A stretch of DNA of 64,000 nt from Tubiluchus corallicola (taxonomy: Eukaryota > Animalia > Priapulida). The number at the start of each line of letters is the position of its first letter. Positions within the stretch are counted from its first letter, which is position 1. Below the pieces are notes generated by a model, which was given only the letters and a program-made list of their open reading frames with translations, searched no databases and had not been told where the DNA came from. Below, in pieces: positions 51,972 through 64,000 of this stretch. Position numbers and translations under genes: made by a program. The stretch lies in contig JAQGDQ010000134.1 of assembly GCA_030141605.1 (NCBI GenBank), positions 62,001 to 126,000 on the forward strand, in the 5' to 3' direction.

Positions 51972-52533
51972 GTAAACATGCCTTATCCAGAACGCTTTCA
52001 AAATTGGTCAAGTAATAGAGTGCATTTTTGGGAAACATGGAAGTGACAGCTGGTCTGATCTATTGCTCTAAAGCCTAAATTATGAAAGTCTAAAATTCTG
52101 ACTTCATGGAAGAGTTCTAGGGGCCAAGAATATAGCACTAATTTTTCATTTTGAAGCACTAATACGCATGTGTGGTGCACTGCTGAGGACCTATGATTAA
52201 AAGTACACATGCTAGTTGATTTTCATCCGCCAAAAATTTTTCATATGAACTTATTCGAGGTTATAGATGCTTACGTTTACACATAACAGCTACACGTTGC
52301 TTGACTTCCATGAAGCTGCAGAGTCCCTGGAGAGTTTTGATGACATTAGAGTGTAATTGACTGTCAATTTACCCAGAATTTTATTTGCCGATTGAAAATG
52401 AAACGGTGGAGGAGAAAAACTTCAAAGCCGCCTTGTTGAAATAGTCAAATGTGGATAATGGATATTTTCAGTGTGTCTGATTGCGAGAGGAAGAATCTGC
52501 AGAATTGTTATATATGTAAACTGTTTAGAATTT

Positions 52534-52896
<363 letters not shown>

Positions 52897-55800
52897 CCTT
52901 TCTCGCTGTTCCTACACCTTCTCCTTTTCCTCTTACAATAAAACAGAACGTGTTGTGTTCCACACCCATTAAGCTATTTTATCACATTAGCACAAAACTT
53001 CAAATCTTTCACGGCTCTAACGATGGTAAATAGCGCCATTATAACAAACACGAAACGGGAATTTTTATTCACAACCTGTTTCCACTATCATTTGTCAATT
53101 ACCATTTATTGAATTATGAAAACTGTCAATGAACTGAGCGAGACAGAGGCCCATCTAGGATATTAAACTATTTTAGAACCCTTGTTGCAGTACTTTATAT
53201 CTGTGGTCTAGGATATAGATATGTATGTCTATGGTCTTGATTCCATTACAAGATTCATTTCTCCCAAAGAAGCCTGGCATTAAATGTTATTTAACTAACC
53301 ATTGTTTGCCTATGTTAATCTGTGCAAATAGACAAAAATGCTACGCTGATTAAAAATTTACCATCCAGGCCAATTAAACGCCAGTTTTATTTGCTTGTCA
53401 CTGCGAACGCTGGGGTGGAGGCTGGCAAATGAGCTCAGGATAAAGGGTTGAGTTGAGAACTTACAGCTTGCACGCGATGTAATGTTTTTATTAAAGGTTT
53501 ACATTTTTGCATAATACGCTTCGTCGCCGTCTAACAATGGTCAGCTCGCTGTTTCGTGCATTTATATTCTAGGCTTTCACTAGATGTTTTGCGTAATTAA
53601 GTCTGTTTGAATTGATTTTGAATAGACAGATTATCAAACAGTGATGAAAGAAATATTCGAAAGCTTAATCATACTGTGTGAATCTACGTCTTTGTTTGGG
53701 GTGGCATCAAGAACTTGAACACATTCGTCACCCGAAAAATATTTTCATTTTGTGGGATTGGAAATTGCGGAGGTGCTACAACTAATGCACTTCGCCTTCC
53801 ATCAGCGTGTTTTATTTGAAAGTAGAATTGAAATTAAGGAACATTTTCTTAATTTTTCCACCGAAACGGCAAAAATCCAGCCCATTTTGGTATACCATAC
53901 ACTCCAGTCGTCCAACTATAGGCAATTATTATTGACAAAAAGATACAATAAAATGTATGATTAATTCGCGCTTTTTATTTCCTTCTCTTTGCAATATAAT
54001 CAAAATGTTCTCGTTACTCTCGAAATAGTATGTTCTCAAGGTAATAATTGAAATTTTTATAAACGGATATTTTATTAAGTAGGCTTATATAATTATTAAT
54101 TAAATAATGAAAACGTGTTTACTGTAGGTCTAATTATTTAGAGGCTCAAGGGTTTATCATTTCTTTAGGTTTCTCTGTAATAGTTGCCCTTTCACCGAAA
54201 CCTCCAACGAGCTGCGTAGTTCTCTAAGCGAAACTGTCGCAAATCATATAATAACACCTTTATGATCCGGAAAATCTCGCCGAACTAATCCGACACGTCG
54301 AGTGAAATGTTCAGTGTTTGTCAGTTGTTTTGTCAAAATTCCACACTAAATTGCAAAGCAAACAGTTAAAATACCGGATTATCCGGATTTCTTGCCACTA
54401 GATGACGCAAAATCTGACATTGTACAGACAGAAGTCAGCAATACAGTAGTTTGTGAAGAAAAGGATGACGTGGATGGTGAGAGAAAGAAATTCCTGGACG
54501 AAAATTGAAGAAATCGAGTAAAACATTCGATGCAAGTCACGCTTACGATAAGTACTTGGAGGATAGGGTGAGCCAAAAAGTGTCAAAAGCATTAACTTTG
54601 AAGGAAAGCCAAAAATGCGCGGACATTAAGTTGCCTAAATGGCCAATACTTCCAAGTGCCTAGTATTTCGATGTCAATAATGTAAGCCTTTCTAAATTAC
54701 ACAGGCTTTAACTGGTGCCTTAAAATGTTTGCAGGCGATGAAATTAGTGGTGTAAGCAGGTTTGTGTAGTAGTATTATGGAGAAACACACGCGCCATCCA
54801 TCGACAGAAATAGAAATTTCTCTAAACCAGGGCATTTTTAATCTGACCTAATTCGTGTAGCCTCCTTTGCACTTTCATAGTATTTCTATGCGGATGTGAT
54901 TTGTCTCACAGCTGTCTCCTTTCACTGGGGAAGTCAGTTCTTGTAGCCCATGGCTTCATTCATGATTCTTCCGAGTCAAGCACAGCTGCACTCTTTACTT
55001 CAACTCATCAATTAACACTAGCATTAATTGAATATTGTTGATTTAAACATTGCGCGCATTAGCACTCCATTTGACGCGTGTAAAAATGTGATATAGCGCA
55101 GTGTGCCTAGTCGATCACTGGTCTTTCTGTGTTTTCTCTTCAAACAGATGAGGTGTAGGCTTCCATTACAAATCATATGACGTCATGAGGTTCAAGTTAC
55201 TCCCACTATATTCAAATATGGATATAGATTAATGGACTGAATGTAGAACATTTTGTTTTTTTTTTTCGTAAGAGGTGGAAAGTTTGCCTTATTTTACAAC
55301 AAAACCTTAGGATGAGTTTACTTATTTATTTATTTAGGATTTTTAATTTTATTGTGTTGGTTTTCCAATATCTGCTACTAACGGCATGTTTGGAAAATGG
55401 TTACTTAGGCAAGCAAAATTTAGTTAAGCAAAACTATAAAATGAAATTGAGTTCGGTGATTCTAATACATGTTTAGACTGCAAAATATAAAAACTGTGTT
55501 ACTCAACAGCATTGAAAATGAGTATATTTATCAGTTTGGATAAATTGAGCAATTTGGCTATTTAAACTGATCAAAATTGGTAATAATGCTAGCAAGTAAT
55601 TTTACTTTTACCTTGGTACTTAAAACAATTCAAGTGGTATACTCCTTTTGTGACCAACGTCTGCATGCATTATGAAATCTACAAACATTTCAGGTTGCAG
55701 TTTAATTGATCTAAATACGCAAATAAATTAGCTATAAGTGAGCCGCTTGAGCGTGAACAGGATAAACGATTTTGTCGAAAACTTTTCTGAACAAAAGAAT

Positions 55801-56563
55801 CGAACAAACTGCCAAGCAGTATCAAATAGAAATACCTGTCTTAATTTTCATGAACAGGTGTTTATAGGGGATAATTATAAGGTAATTACAGCACACCTTG
55901 TTGTGTAGAGTTACACCTGTGCACCCCACTTCGGAAGTTGCGCGAGATTTTTATCGGTAGTGTGACACAATCATCATTATCTGCACGGCAAAACACACTT
56001 GAATTCGTAACCTGTTCATGCTCAAGCATATATAAATGAATATTTGAGCCCTTGTTAACGATTAAACTATAGTTAACGATAAGCAGAATGAACGAAAACT
56101 CACCTGTCTTTATCATCGGGTTTTATGTCGAGTTTTAGACGAGCATTGAACGCTCCGCAAAGTTATGCAGTTAGATCACACTGTTGTTGGTTTCCTGTTG
56201 TTTGTTTATCTATTGTTTGTTTATCTGTTGTTTACAATGTGATAGATACCACGAATATGGTTATAGATCAAGTTGCTGTCTCTGCGCTGTGTCCGATTAA
56301 ACCTTCATTTGTGCCCAACACAGATTTGTTGCGTATTCATAGAAGAGAGAGGAAGAGTCCCATACCAAAAAGTTGCATTGTCTTCATCAATTTATACAAT
56401 TATAGTAAGCCGGATGTTCTGGCTACCCAGCAATTACATTGTTATTCTATTGTCTTACGTTACATTTTGCACATGCCAGTAAATTTGTTTTAAATAATGT
56501 TTCCAGTACAACAAATTATGTTTTAGGTCACCAAAATATCATCAACTTTTTGTTATTTTACAG

Positions 56564-56601
56564 GTTACCGCCCCCGCGTTCGGTCAGACCATCAAACGAA
56601 G
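56564..56601 (+). CDS. Ror: Ror-family RTK, coding exon 3 (38-nt microexon, LPPPRSVRPSNE)
   Basis: Acceptor tttttgttattttacAG and donor AAG|GTAGGT; a GC-rich island in AT-rich intron. Phase 2 to 1 fits both neighbours. Confidence 0.78.
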
Positions 56602-57085
56602 GTAGGTTTAAAGAATATTACAATTTTAAAACATTGTAATATAAAAAGTATTAACAATTTTTGCTTCACGTTTGTGCTATAATGCGATTGTAATGATATA
56701 ATATGTATGATATAATATATACATGTATATACGCTGATACTACTGTGCATCAGTCATGAGACAAGATATTTTTTATTATATACGATCAAGTAGTTTATTA
56801 TTAATGCATGTATACAAATGTAGTTGTAGGCCGAATTGGGCACTGTTAAGATTAATTAATAAAAACTGTAAAACTGCCATCGTGTAGACTGTCAATATTA
56901 CTCTCGGCATATTGCTATGTTATAAAATGATGTCATCTTATCATGATCTTATATATTAGAGTGTAAAATTAGACATGTTTTCTTCATAAATTCAATTGTT
57001 TTCCTTAGTTAAATACAATGTGATGTAATGTGAAGGCGGTTTGCGTTACACAGTGTACATAATGTTCCTTGGTTTTCTGATTTAG

Positions 57086-57248
57086 AATGGATAAGGCTGG
57101 ACAATCCCATGGAGAATTACACCAGAGATCCAGGAGAGAGCATACGCTTACACTGCGAGGTTACTGGTGACCCCATGCCCAAATTCAAATGGTACAAGAA
57201 CGAAGCACCTGTGGACGAATATCCCAAGGGAAAAGTGCAGATACGAAG
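57086..57248 (+). CDS. Ror: Ror-family RTK, coding exon 4, N-terminal half of I-set Ig domain
   Basis: tttAG acceptor and AAG|GTAATT donor. Translates EWIRLDNPMENYTRDPGESIRLHCEVTGDPMPKFKWYKNEAPVDEYPKGKVQIR, recognisably like ROR1 LDEPMNNIT...[22 protein letters not shown], including the NxT sequon, first Cys and Trp. Confidence 0.93.
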
Positions 57249-58233
57249 GTAATTTTCAGGCAGCGTAAGCGGTCCCTGGTTCAAATTTGTGACTAGCCCA
57301 CGAATGTTGTTTGATTGAGTGACTGATTGCTTGTTCAAGCTTAAACACCTGGCTAACTGACTTAGTAACGACCTGACTAACCGATGACTGCTTAGCTAAC
57401 TGTCTGACTTACTGAGCCACCCAAATGATGGATGTTGCTTGACTGTTGATGGGTCACTAGCTACTGACTGATCGACTGACTGACTGACTAACTGAGCAAC
57501 CAACCGACCGACTGGTTAGCTGGCCAGTCTATATATTAACTGTTTATTAACCAAGATTAAATTGAAGCGACTGTCAAAACAAACGCAGGGTTGCTATTTG
57601 CTTTAGCAGCTCAACCAGCAGTTATCTGTGAAACCTCAACTTTTCTCATTCTTTGCCCATTTACCAGGTTATCTTATTCAAACTGCAACACAAAGACGTT
57701 TTGATAAATTGGCTTCAACTGGGGCTGGAATTCGTTTATTCAGAATGAGCTTGTTACATCAAAGAAATCGAACGTTGATGTAACCGCTGGCCTGGCTTGC
57801 CATCCTGATTTCATTACCAGTAGAAAACTCCATCAGCAGACGACAGTTTAGCTAAAGCCAGGCTGAAACAGGAAAATGCAATTTAGAAATCTGCTCTGAT
57901 CGAATTTGCAAAAGTGTTTACACAGCAGTAACTGGACAAAGGTCAAGAATAAAGTCAAGAAATTGTTGGCTTTCTTTGTTATTTTATCAATGGACGGTTA
58001 TGCTCTGTGTGACCAGTGTTCTCTTGTTTTCTAATAGGAATGTTTTCAAAACCATTGACCTCACTGGACTTATTTGACATGTTAGGTCCATGCACTTTAC
58101 GCTTTTGCTGCTTCTTGACCATGTTTATACCGTTTTTTATTTTTTGCAGTGCTCGTTTGTACATCTCAAGTATATATTTTTCTTTTCTTCTTCCTTTCTT
58201 TATCCTTCCATTATCCCCGTTGCTTTTTTTATT

Positions 58234-58235
<2 letters not shown>

Positions 58236-58267
<32 letters not shown>
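58236..58267. repeat. (CT)n microsatellite
   Basis: Direct reading. Confidence 0.95.
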
Positions 58268-58269
<2 letters not shown>

Positions 58270-58411
58270 CACTCTCCCATTTTATATTATCTCGTTTGCC
58301 TCTGCTCTTGCGGTCTGCGGCTTTTATGCCATTTGTTTACTCACCATTGAAGTCTGCAAAGTCATACCACACGCACAACATCTCACCTGTGTTAATTGAA
58401 TTGATTTGCAG

Positions 58412-58539
58412 GTACAGCAAAGGATCAAGATTAAAGCTGAATGATCTAGATACTCATGACACTGGCTTCTACAAATGCGTGGCTTCCAATGCTGCTGGTT
58501 CTGTAGAAACGTCTGGCATTCTCAGAGTGTTTGGATATG
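58412..58539 (+). CDS. Ror: Ror-family RTK, coding exon 5, C-terminal half of Ig domain
   Basis: tttgcAG acceptor and ATG|GTACGT donor. Translates RYSKGSRLKLNDLDTHDTGFYKCVASNAAGSVETSGILRVFGY, matching ROR [23 protein letters not shown] (DxGxYxC motif). In phase with exon 4. Confidence 0.95.
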
Positions 58540-58564
58540 GTACGTTGAACTTATCACGTCATTT

Positions 58565-58710
58565 GTCATGTGATCACATAGTGACTAATCATTGTCTTCT
58601 TAGTTTTCCTGTAGTCACGTGATTATTGCCTTAACGATTGTCTTCTTTTTATATTTTCATGTGATTATGTCTGAGTAATTGTCTTGTTTTTTACATTGTC
58701 ACGTGATATT
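58565..58710. repeat. Diverged ~41-49-bp tandem repeat containing TCA(C/T)GTGA
   Basis: Four TCAYGTGAT motifs near 58566, 58615, 58657 and 58699. The first three are each followed by ATTGTCTT plus a T-rich run. Confidence 0.7.
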
Positions 58711-59260
58711 TATTATTGATGAACGTACTTTTTCGTGCCAGTGTTTATAACTACTTCTTTTGTACCAAGAGGTTAGGCACAACCGCACAGTACTTGTACA
58801 ATGAATGGAACACCTTCTGGATCTCAGCTTCGCCACATTCTTGATTTTCACCTTAGAAATATTTAAGATGCAACACTTTAGAAATCGTCTATCTTCATAA
58901 ATAAATTACTAGCCGTCAAGCAAAACAATAAAATTGATGAGTACTTGGTTACAAAATGCCCATTAGAGGATAGCCAACTATTTTCCTATGTTGCTGTTTT
59001 TTTTCATTACTTAATGTCACAGAAGCAAATGGTTTTTTGATGAGATTTATGCATATATGCGTAGAACTTATAGAGGGGCAATTTGGTTATGGAAATAATT
59101 CTGGCATCTTGTGTAGTCGCAATGTGCACGTTTGATTTATGGAGCTTTAATAGATTTTTCAGTGTGCTGTCTTATCTAATCGTATCGTGCTTCTTCTGTT
59201 TGCTGTCTGTTTTCATCTCCCTCTATCTCTCTGCTTTTGTTAGTTTTGTAATTTTTGTTC

Positions 59261-59264
<4 letters not shown>

Positions 59265-59356
<92 letters not shown>

Positions 59357-59358
59357 GC

Positions 59359-59446
<88 letters not shown>

Positions 59447-59447
59447 C
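59265..59447. repeat. Compound (CT)n(CA)n microsatellite
   Basis: Direct reading. Confidence 0.98.
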
Positions 59448-59978
59448 CTCGCTCTGTTTTTTCTTTCTGTCCCTCCTCTTTCCCTATCGAACTATCTCTT
59501 TCTCTCATTCTCTATTTTTCTTTCTTCTTGTTTGTTTCATCTCTGCAAGATATACGGTCCAGCAAGTTTTATTGGTTATTTCGCTTGTTCTTGTTTACTG
59601 ATAAGATGGAGTTGGTAAATATTTCTTATCTTTTGCTTGCATATATAGTGGCTTTGGTCAATGGTTTGCTATTAAAAAAAGTTTAATTTAATGTGTGATA
59701 AGGACTGATATAACTAACAAAGTAGTTCATAGGTCCTTGAACAAACCATTTAGTAGGTATGTGGTCAACTTGATTTATCATTTTTAATACCGCCACGGTT
59801 ATATTGTTAAAAATGTTAAATCTGTTCTTGCATTGCATACCAGACAGCATATGTGGGACAAAAAGACCAACGTGAGCAATGCTACTTTGAGCATTTAAAT
59901 GCTGTAGACTTATCCTAATTCTAGTCATTTTTAGGAAACAATAGGTAACATTTAATCTTAATTTTATTTCCTTTGCAG

Positions 59979-60060
59979 GTCGCAGACCAGATGTAGGCCT
60001 GCAACCTACTTTAGGACACCCAAGCCTTCCAGAAATTTACTCAGAACTTCCAAAATACGA
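59979..60060 (+). CDS. Ror: Ror-family RTK, coding exon 6 (Pro-rich linker after the Ig domain)
   Basis: Acceptor ttttatttcctttgcAG and donor GA|GTAAGA; 82 nt, open frame GRRPDVGLQPTLGHPSLPEIYSELPKY. Phase 1 start matches exon 5. Confidence 0.85.
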
Positions 60061-61237
60061 GTAAGACACATTTATTTGATCTAAATGATCATTTAGTGAT
60101 GCAATTTATGTTGTAGATTGCCAAGCCTACTTACGAAAAGTGGAAATTAGGCTTACAACGAATAATTTTAAATGTTTACGAAATAAAATAGAATTTATTA
60201 ATTATTAATATTTATTGTTTTACGCTTAACTAAAATCACTGTTTAAAAATCTACTACAAGTTAAAGGAAATAAATATTTACATGGAGAACAGAGGATTAG
60301 TAAACTAGATATTTAAAAATCGATTTAAATTTCTGATCACATGGTGGATAAATTATCATTTATTGTCCTATTGCCATTTGGGCTTTCAGCTGAGCAGATA
60401 CAACGATTTCTTGAATTTGTATGACGTGAATCCTAAAGTAGCAATTATGTACAGCTCTCGATTTGATAAAAAATATCTTTTAGGTAGTTTTTAAATTTCT
60501 CCTAGTTGATCTACATCTAGACGGCTTTGATAAACAGCTAAGAAAGCTGAATGGCGTCTAGGTAAATCCAGAAATCTCTTCTCCACCACCAGTTGGTGTT
60601 ATTGGACGTTTTTTGTTGTTGTTTCAAGCTCTATTCATTTGTTATTTTTGCCAGCGTTGTAGATGGGTGTATGCTATCACACCTGCAGGGCAGAAGTAGT
60701 AGGAATTTTTTCTGGTGATTTCAAGCTGTTTCACACAAAAAGACCCATGGCTTGTTTGTACAGCAACGGCCATATTTGTTTTGTCTGTTTAATTATTGTG
60801 CTTGTGTGGTTTTCTAATACTTTTTGACTAGTTTCTTAACAACACCACATGTTTTAGCTTGTTTGAACTTTGAAAGGTTTAAACTGGCATTCTTTCAGAC
60901 AATTTTTGCTATACTGAGTAGATGGTGCTATGATCTCATGGACTTCAAACTATCATTGTAAGACATCAGCTGTTTGGTCTTTTAAGCCGCTTCTAGAAAC
61001 TTTCTCTTGTATTCCAGCCATCAAGGTTTTAAAGTGAAAGCTATGCAAGCGGTAACTATAGCCCACCTCCCAGGTCACTCAGAAAAATGCTGGTCCACAA
61101 AAATTTTTCCGTTTTTTCGCAACCAAGAACTCCCAGCCTGCATTTGGGGATAATCTCTAATCAATAGTCTGTAATTAACGTTCAGAATTAAATTAGCTTT
61201 GCATTTAAACTTGTTTCTTTCCATCTCATCTTCTATT

Positions 61238-61295
61238 GCACTGTGGCGCCGCTAGGTGGCCCAGAGTGGCCGAGCCGGGCGCCCCATCTGGCGAC
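61238..61295 (+). promoter_or_regulatory. CTCF-like motif cluster
   Basis: CCGCTAGGTGGCC at 61249-61261 plus a weaker opposite-strand match (CGCCAGATGGGGCGC) at about 61279-61293, in a GC-rich patch. Confidence 0.4.
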
Positions 61296-64000
61296 TCGCA
61301 ACGCAAATTTTCTGCGTAAATTTGCAGAAGGCATAAATTTTTAAGTCAACGATATCGATGCGAGGCTGAATAGAATAAGCTGAGTTTACCCTGGGTAAAT
61401 ACGACATGATATAAGAATTGTAGATCTTTGTCACTGGCATAAAACACAACGATTTCAAAATGAATGATTGATGCGAATAAATGGAGGTTTCATATACCGA
61501 CTCAAATCAGCCATGATCATCATAATGTCTATAGCCGACCAGCGTAACATGCGACTTTGTCAACAAGAATTCAGCGAGAAAATGTTCATTATTTAGCAAA
61601 ATTCTCTGTAAGTTTAGTATCGGCTTTACTGGCTTGCAACCCAGTTATTAGTTTAACTCGACGTTAGAGTTACATGCAGTTACGTTGAGCTTGACTTCAC
61701 CGACGCATTCCCTGATTAAACTTTAATAATTTTTGAATTATAGGACTGCAAGCATTTGGAAATTTTGAAGTAAACCGTAAAACGACACTTTACACACTAG
61801 ATAAACCATGAATATTAAATTTATCTTCTTTATTCACCAGCTCTTGTTTGCCTGAACATGGAAACGGCTTTAATAAACAACCCCCAAAACAGAATATTCT
61901 AAGTTTTTTCTCTGAACTAAATAAGCCTTGTTAATTCATGATGAGTGCTCTAGGGGTTCCGCTCATTTAGATATTTTGCAACTTGTAAAATTGTCCCTTT
62001 CTGGCTAAACAAGAAGAGTGGTCCATAATTTTGAGTATCAGATTACTTGTATAGAACGAAAAAAACAAATGCTGCAGTGAGTTACCAATTCCAGACGTAG
62101 CTAAGCATTCTCCATTCATCGAACGTGTCTGTGCTGTTTAAATTTATGAACTTATCTTATTACCTTGTGCCCAATTGTAGCTCTTATGCAATTTTTACTG
62201 CTTTACTCACATTCAGTGGTATGATAGTAATCTTATACACGCAAAGCTAAAACTTCTTTCTCTATAGACCTAAATCTTACCCGCAGCTATATTGATTAGT
62301 AGTATATTACTCTCTAATGCAAATCACTATTGGGAATATTGGTCTGTGGTATTTGCTAAACCTTGCCCATAATCCTGGCTGCATAGATCCACTGAACGAA
62401 CAATATTATACTTGATGCGCTCAAATATATCCGAGGTTTCAATCTATACATGGTATTTGTCTACAATCTCTTTGCTATTGGATTGCAGCGCGGAGTAATA
62501 TTTTGATAGAAAACACCAAGACGAAAAGTAGGCCATGATGCGATGGAGAGGGGGGGGGGTGAGTCTTAGCCGCTTAATCGATTGTATATGTATATTTACT
62601 ATTAGAGTAGTTTTCGCGCAAGTTTTCTCTAGAACAAGTGGTGGTTTTGTTGTAAGAACAGAAAATATTTGAGTCCTTATCCAGTTGCTAGCACTGCATT
62701 TCAAAGACATCATTGGAAATTTTACCGTTAGCTCCCTGGTAGTAAAACTAGCACTTAGTATTGCTATTTTGGTAATGCTAATTAAATTTGTGATTATACG
62801 AGACTAAATTACCACTTTTAAATAAGAATGAAATTTCTCGAGTTGACTCAAATACTGTAAAAAAATAAAATTGTATCTAGCTGGACCGTTTGTTGGGTAT
62901 TTTTAAACCAACGTGGTGTACTACAAGTTTATTAAGTCGTTTAAACTTTGGTTTATCTGGTTTTGTCATAGTCACAGGTGTCGAGTAGGCCTGTTAAATT
63001 ACTTTATTCTGTGATGAAGTAGCCATGAGCTGCACAAAAATCGTATGGAACTAATAGTGTATAGAAATTTCAAGTTTTAAGTGCGACTGATAAGCGTGTG
63101 TGTCCAGTATTGACGACTTTTGCAAAAAATTCCCCGCTCTGATTGCATAATACAGATTCATTTTGATTTTAAATGAATAAGAGCTTCATTTCGCGTTGTG
63201 TTTAGCCAAATGAGCCTGCCTGACCTCCTGCCTGACCTTCCATATCGTGCTAATTTCAGCTGGAGAAAAACAAAGACTTGGTTGACATATGTTTCTGCTC
63301 ACTTCACGCTAGGATGTTTTCTGTTTGTTGTTGGAGTTGTTTGTTATTGGTTCAACACTTTCAGATCAAAACAAACAGGATACGGAATTTACGAGGGCTT
63401 AGGGAGAACCGTGTCAAGAACGATTTATGAACTATGCCAAAGCTGATTTGCATTTTTTTCTGGATTTACAAGAACAACAGTGAAAATTGGCTGGCAGCAG
63501 ATGACAACACAACTAAGCTGCTAGAGCCCCCTATTCCGTATTAAGAAAAACTATAAATAGTTGAAATAATCTTGTTTGTTTTGACGTGCAAAAGCTTTAC
63601 TTCAACGCTAAAATGTATTCTTGATTAAATTAAAAACCACTTAAATAGAATGCTGCGAAGACAAAATGCAGCAACAAATTCAGTTATGTGCTTAAAATGG
63701 AATAAGTTGCTTTAAAAGGGAAAAGTGCCTACTGCTTAAAAATTTCGCTTGTTGTCATTATCTCACTTCTAATTAAAGATCACATTCTTGCTCGTTATAA
63801 TAAGGGGCGTATCAACACCTTATGACGCCCCCAGGCTGATACCTCTGTCCCGCCCACCTCTATTGTGAATTTATCGCTGTGCATGTCATGAATAGATTAA
63901 ATAATTACTTGTGGTGTATTAGAAACACTATTAATCTAGTCTCAGCGTGGTCATTATTAATTACTTGTATTGCATAGCGCTTATATTCAAGCGGACCGTG

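Noticed and set aside
56564-59984. Exons 3, 5 and 6 each start with GT after the acceptor AG (possible RS-exons)
   Set aside because: AG|G(T) is the ordinary acceptor preference, and the would-be donors (GTTACC, GTACAG, GTCGCA) are poor.

Overview
AT-rich, microsatellite- and repeat-rich animal (invertebrate-type) genomic DNA, with no prokaryotic features. Nearly all ORFs in the supplied track are spurious. The one well-supported gene is the 5' part of a + strand Ror-family receptor tyrosine kinase (Wnt receptor). Six GT-AG exons with matching phases (21031-21079, 42417-42468, 56564-56601, 57086-57248, 58412-58539, 59979-60060) splice into one open frame: MPCLWLCLLVYALLSTARCKNDDSGTTMEDYELELPPPRSVRPSNEEWIRLDNPMENYTRDPGESIRLHCEVTGDPMPKFKWYKNEAPVDEYPKGKVQIRRYSKGSRLKLNDLDTHDTGFYKCVASNAAGSVETSGILRVFGYGRRPDVGLQPTLGHPSLPEIYSELPKY(D/E). 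This reads as signal peptide, linker, I-set Ig domain and linker. I did not find the CRD, kringle or kinase exons; they presumably lie beyond the window. The rest is about 19 kb of upstream DNA and large introns (21 kb and 14 kb). These contain a truncated LINE, SINE fragments, MITE-like elements, two adjacent fold-back palindromes, minisatellites and candidate CTCF, E-box and TCF sites. I found no clearly new biological system. The best leads are splicing-related (a dual-use AG|GT site, candidate alternative exons), a Penelope/hammerhead-like fold-back and a telomere-repeat MITE.
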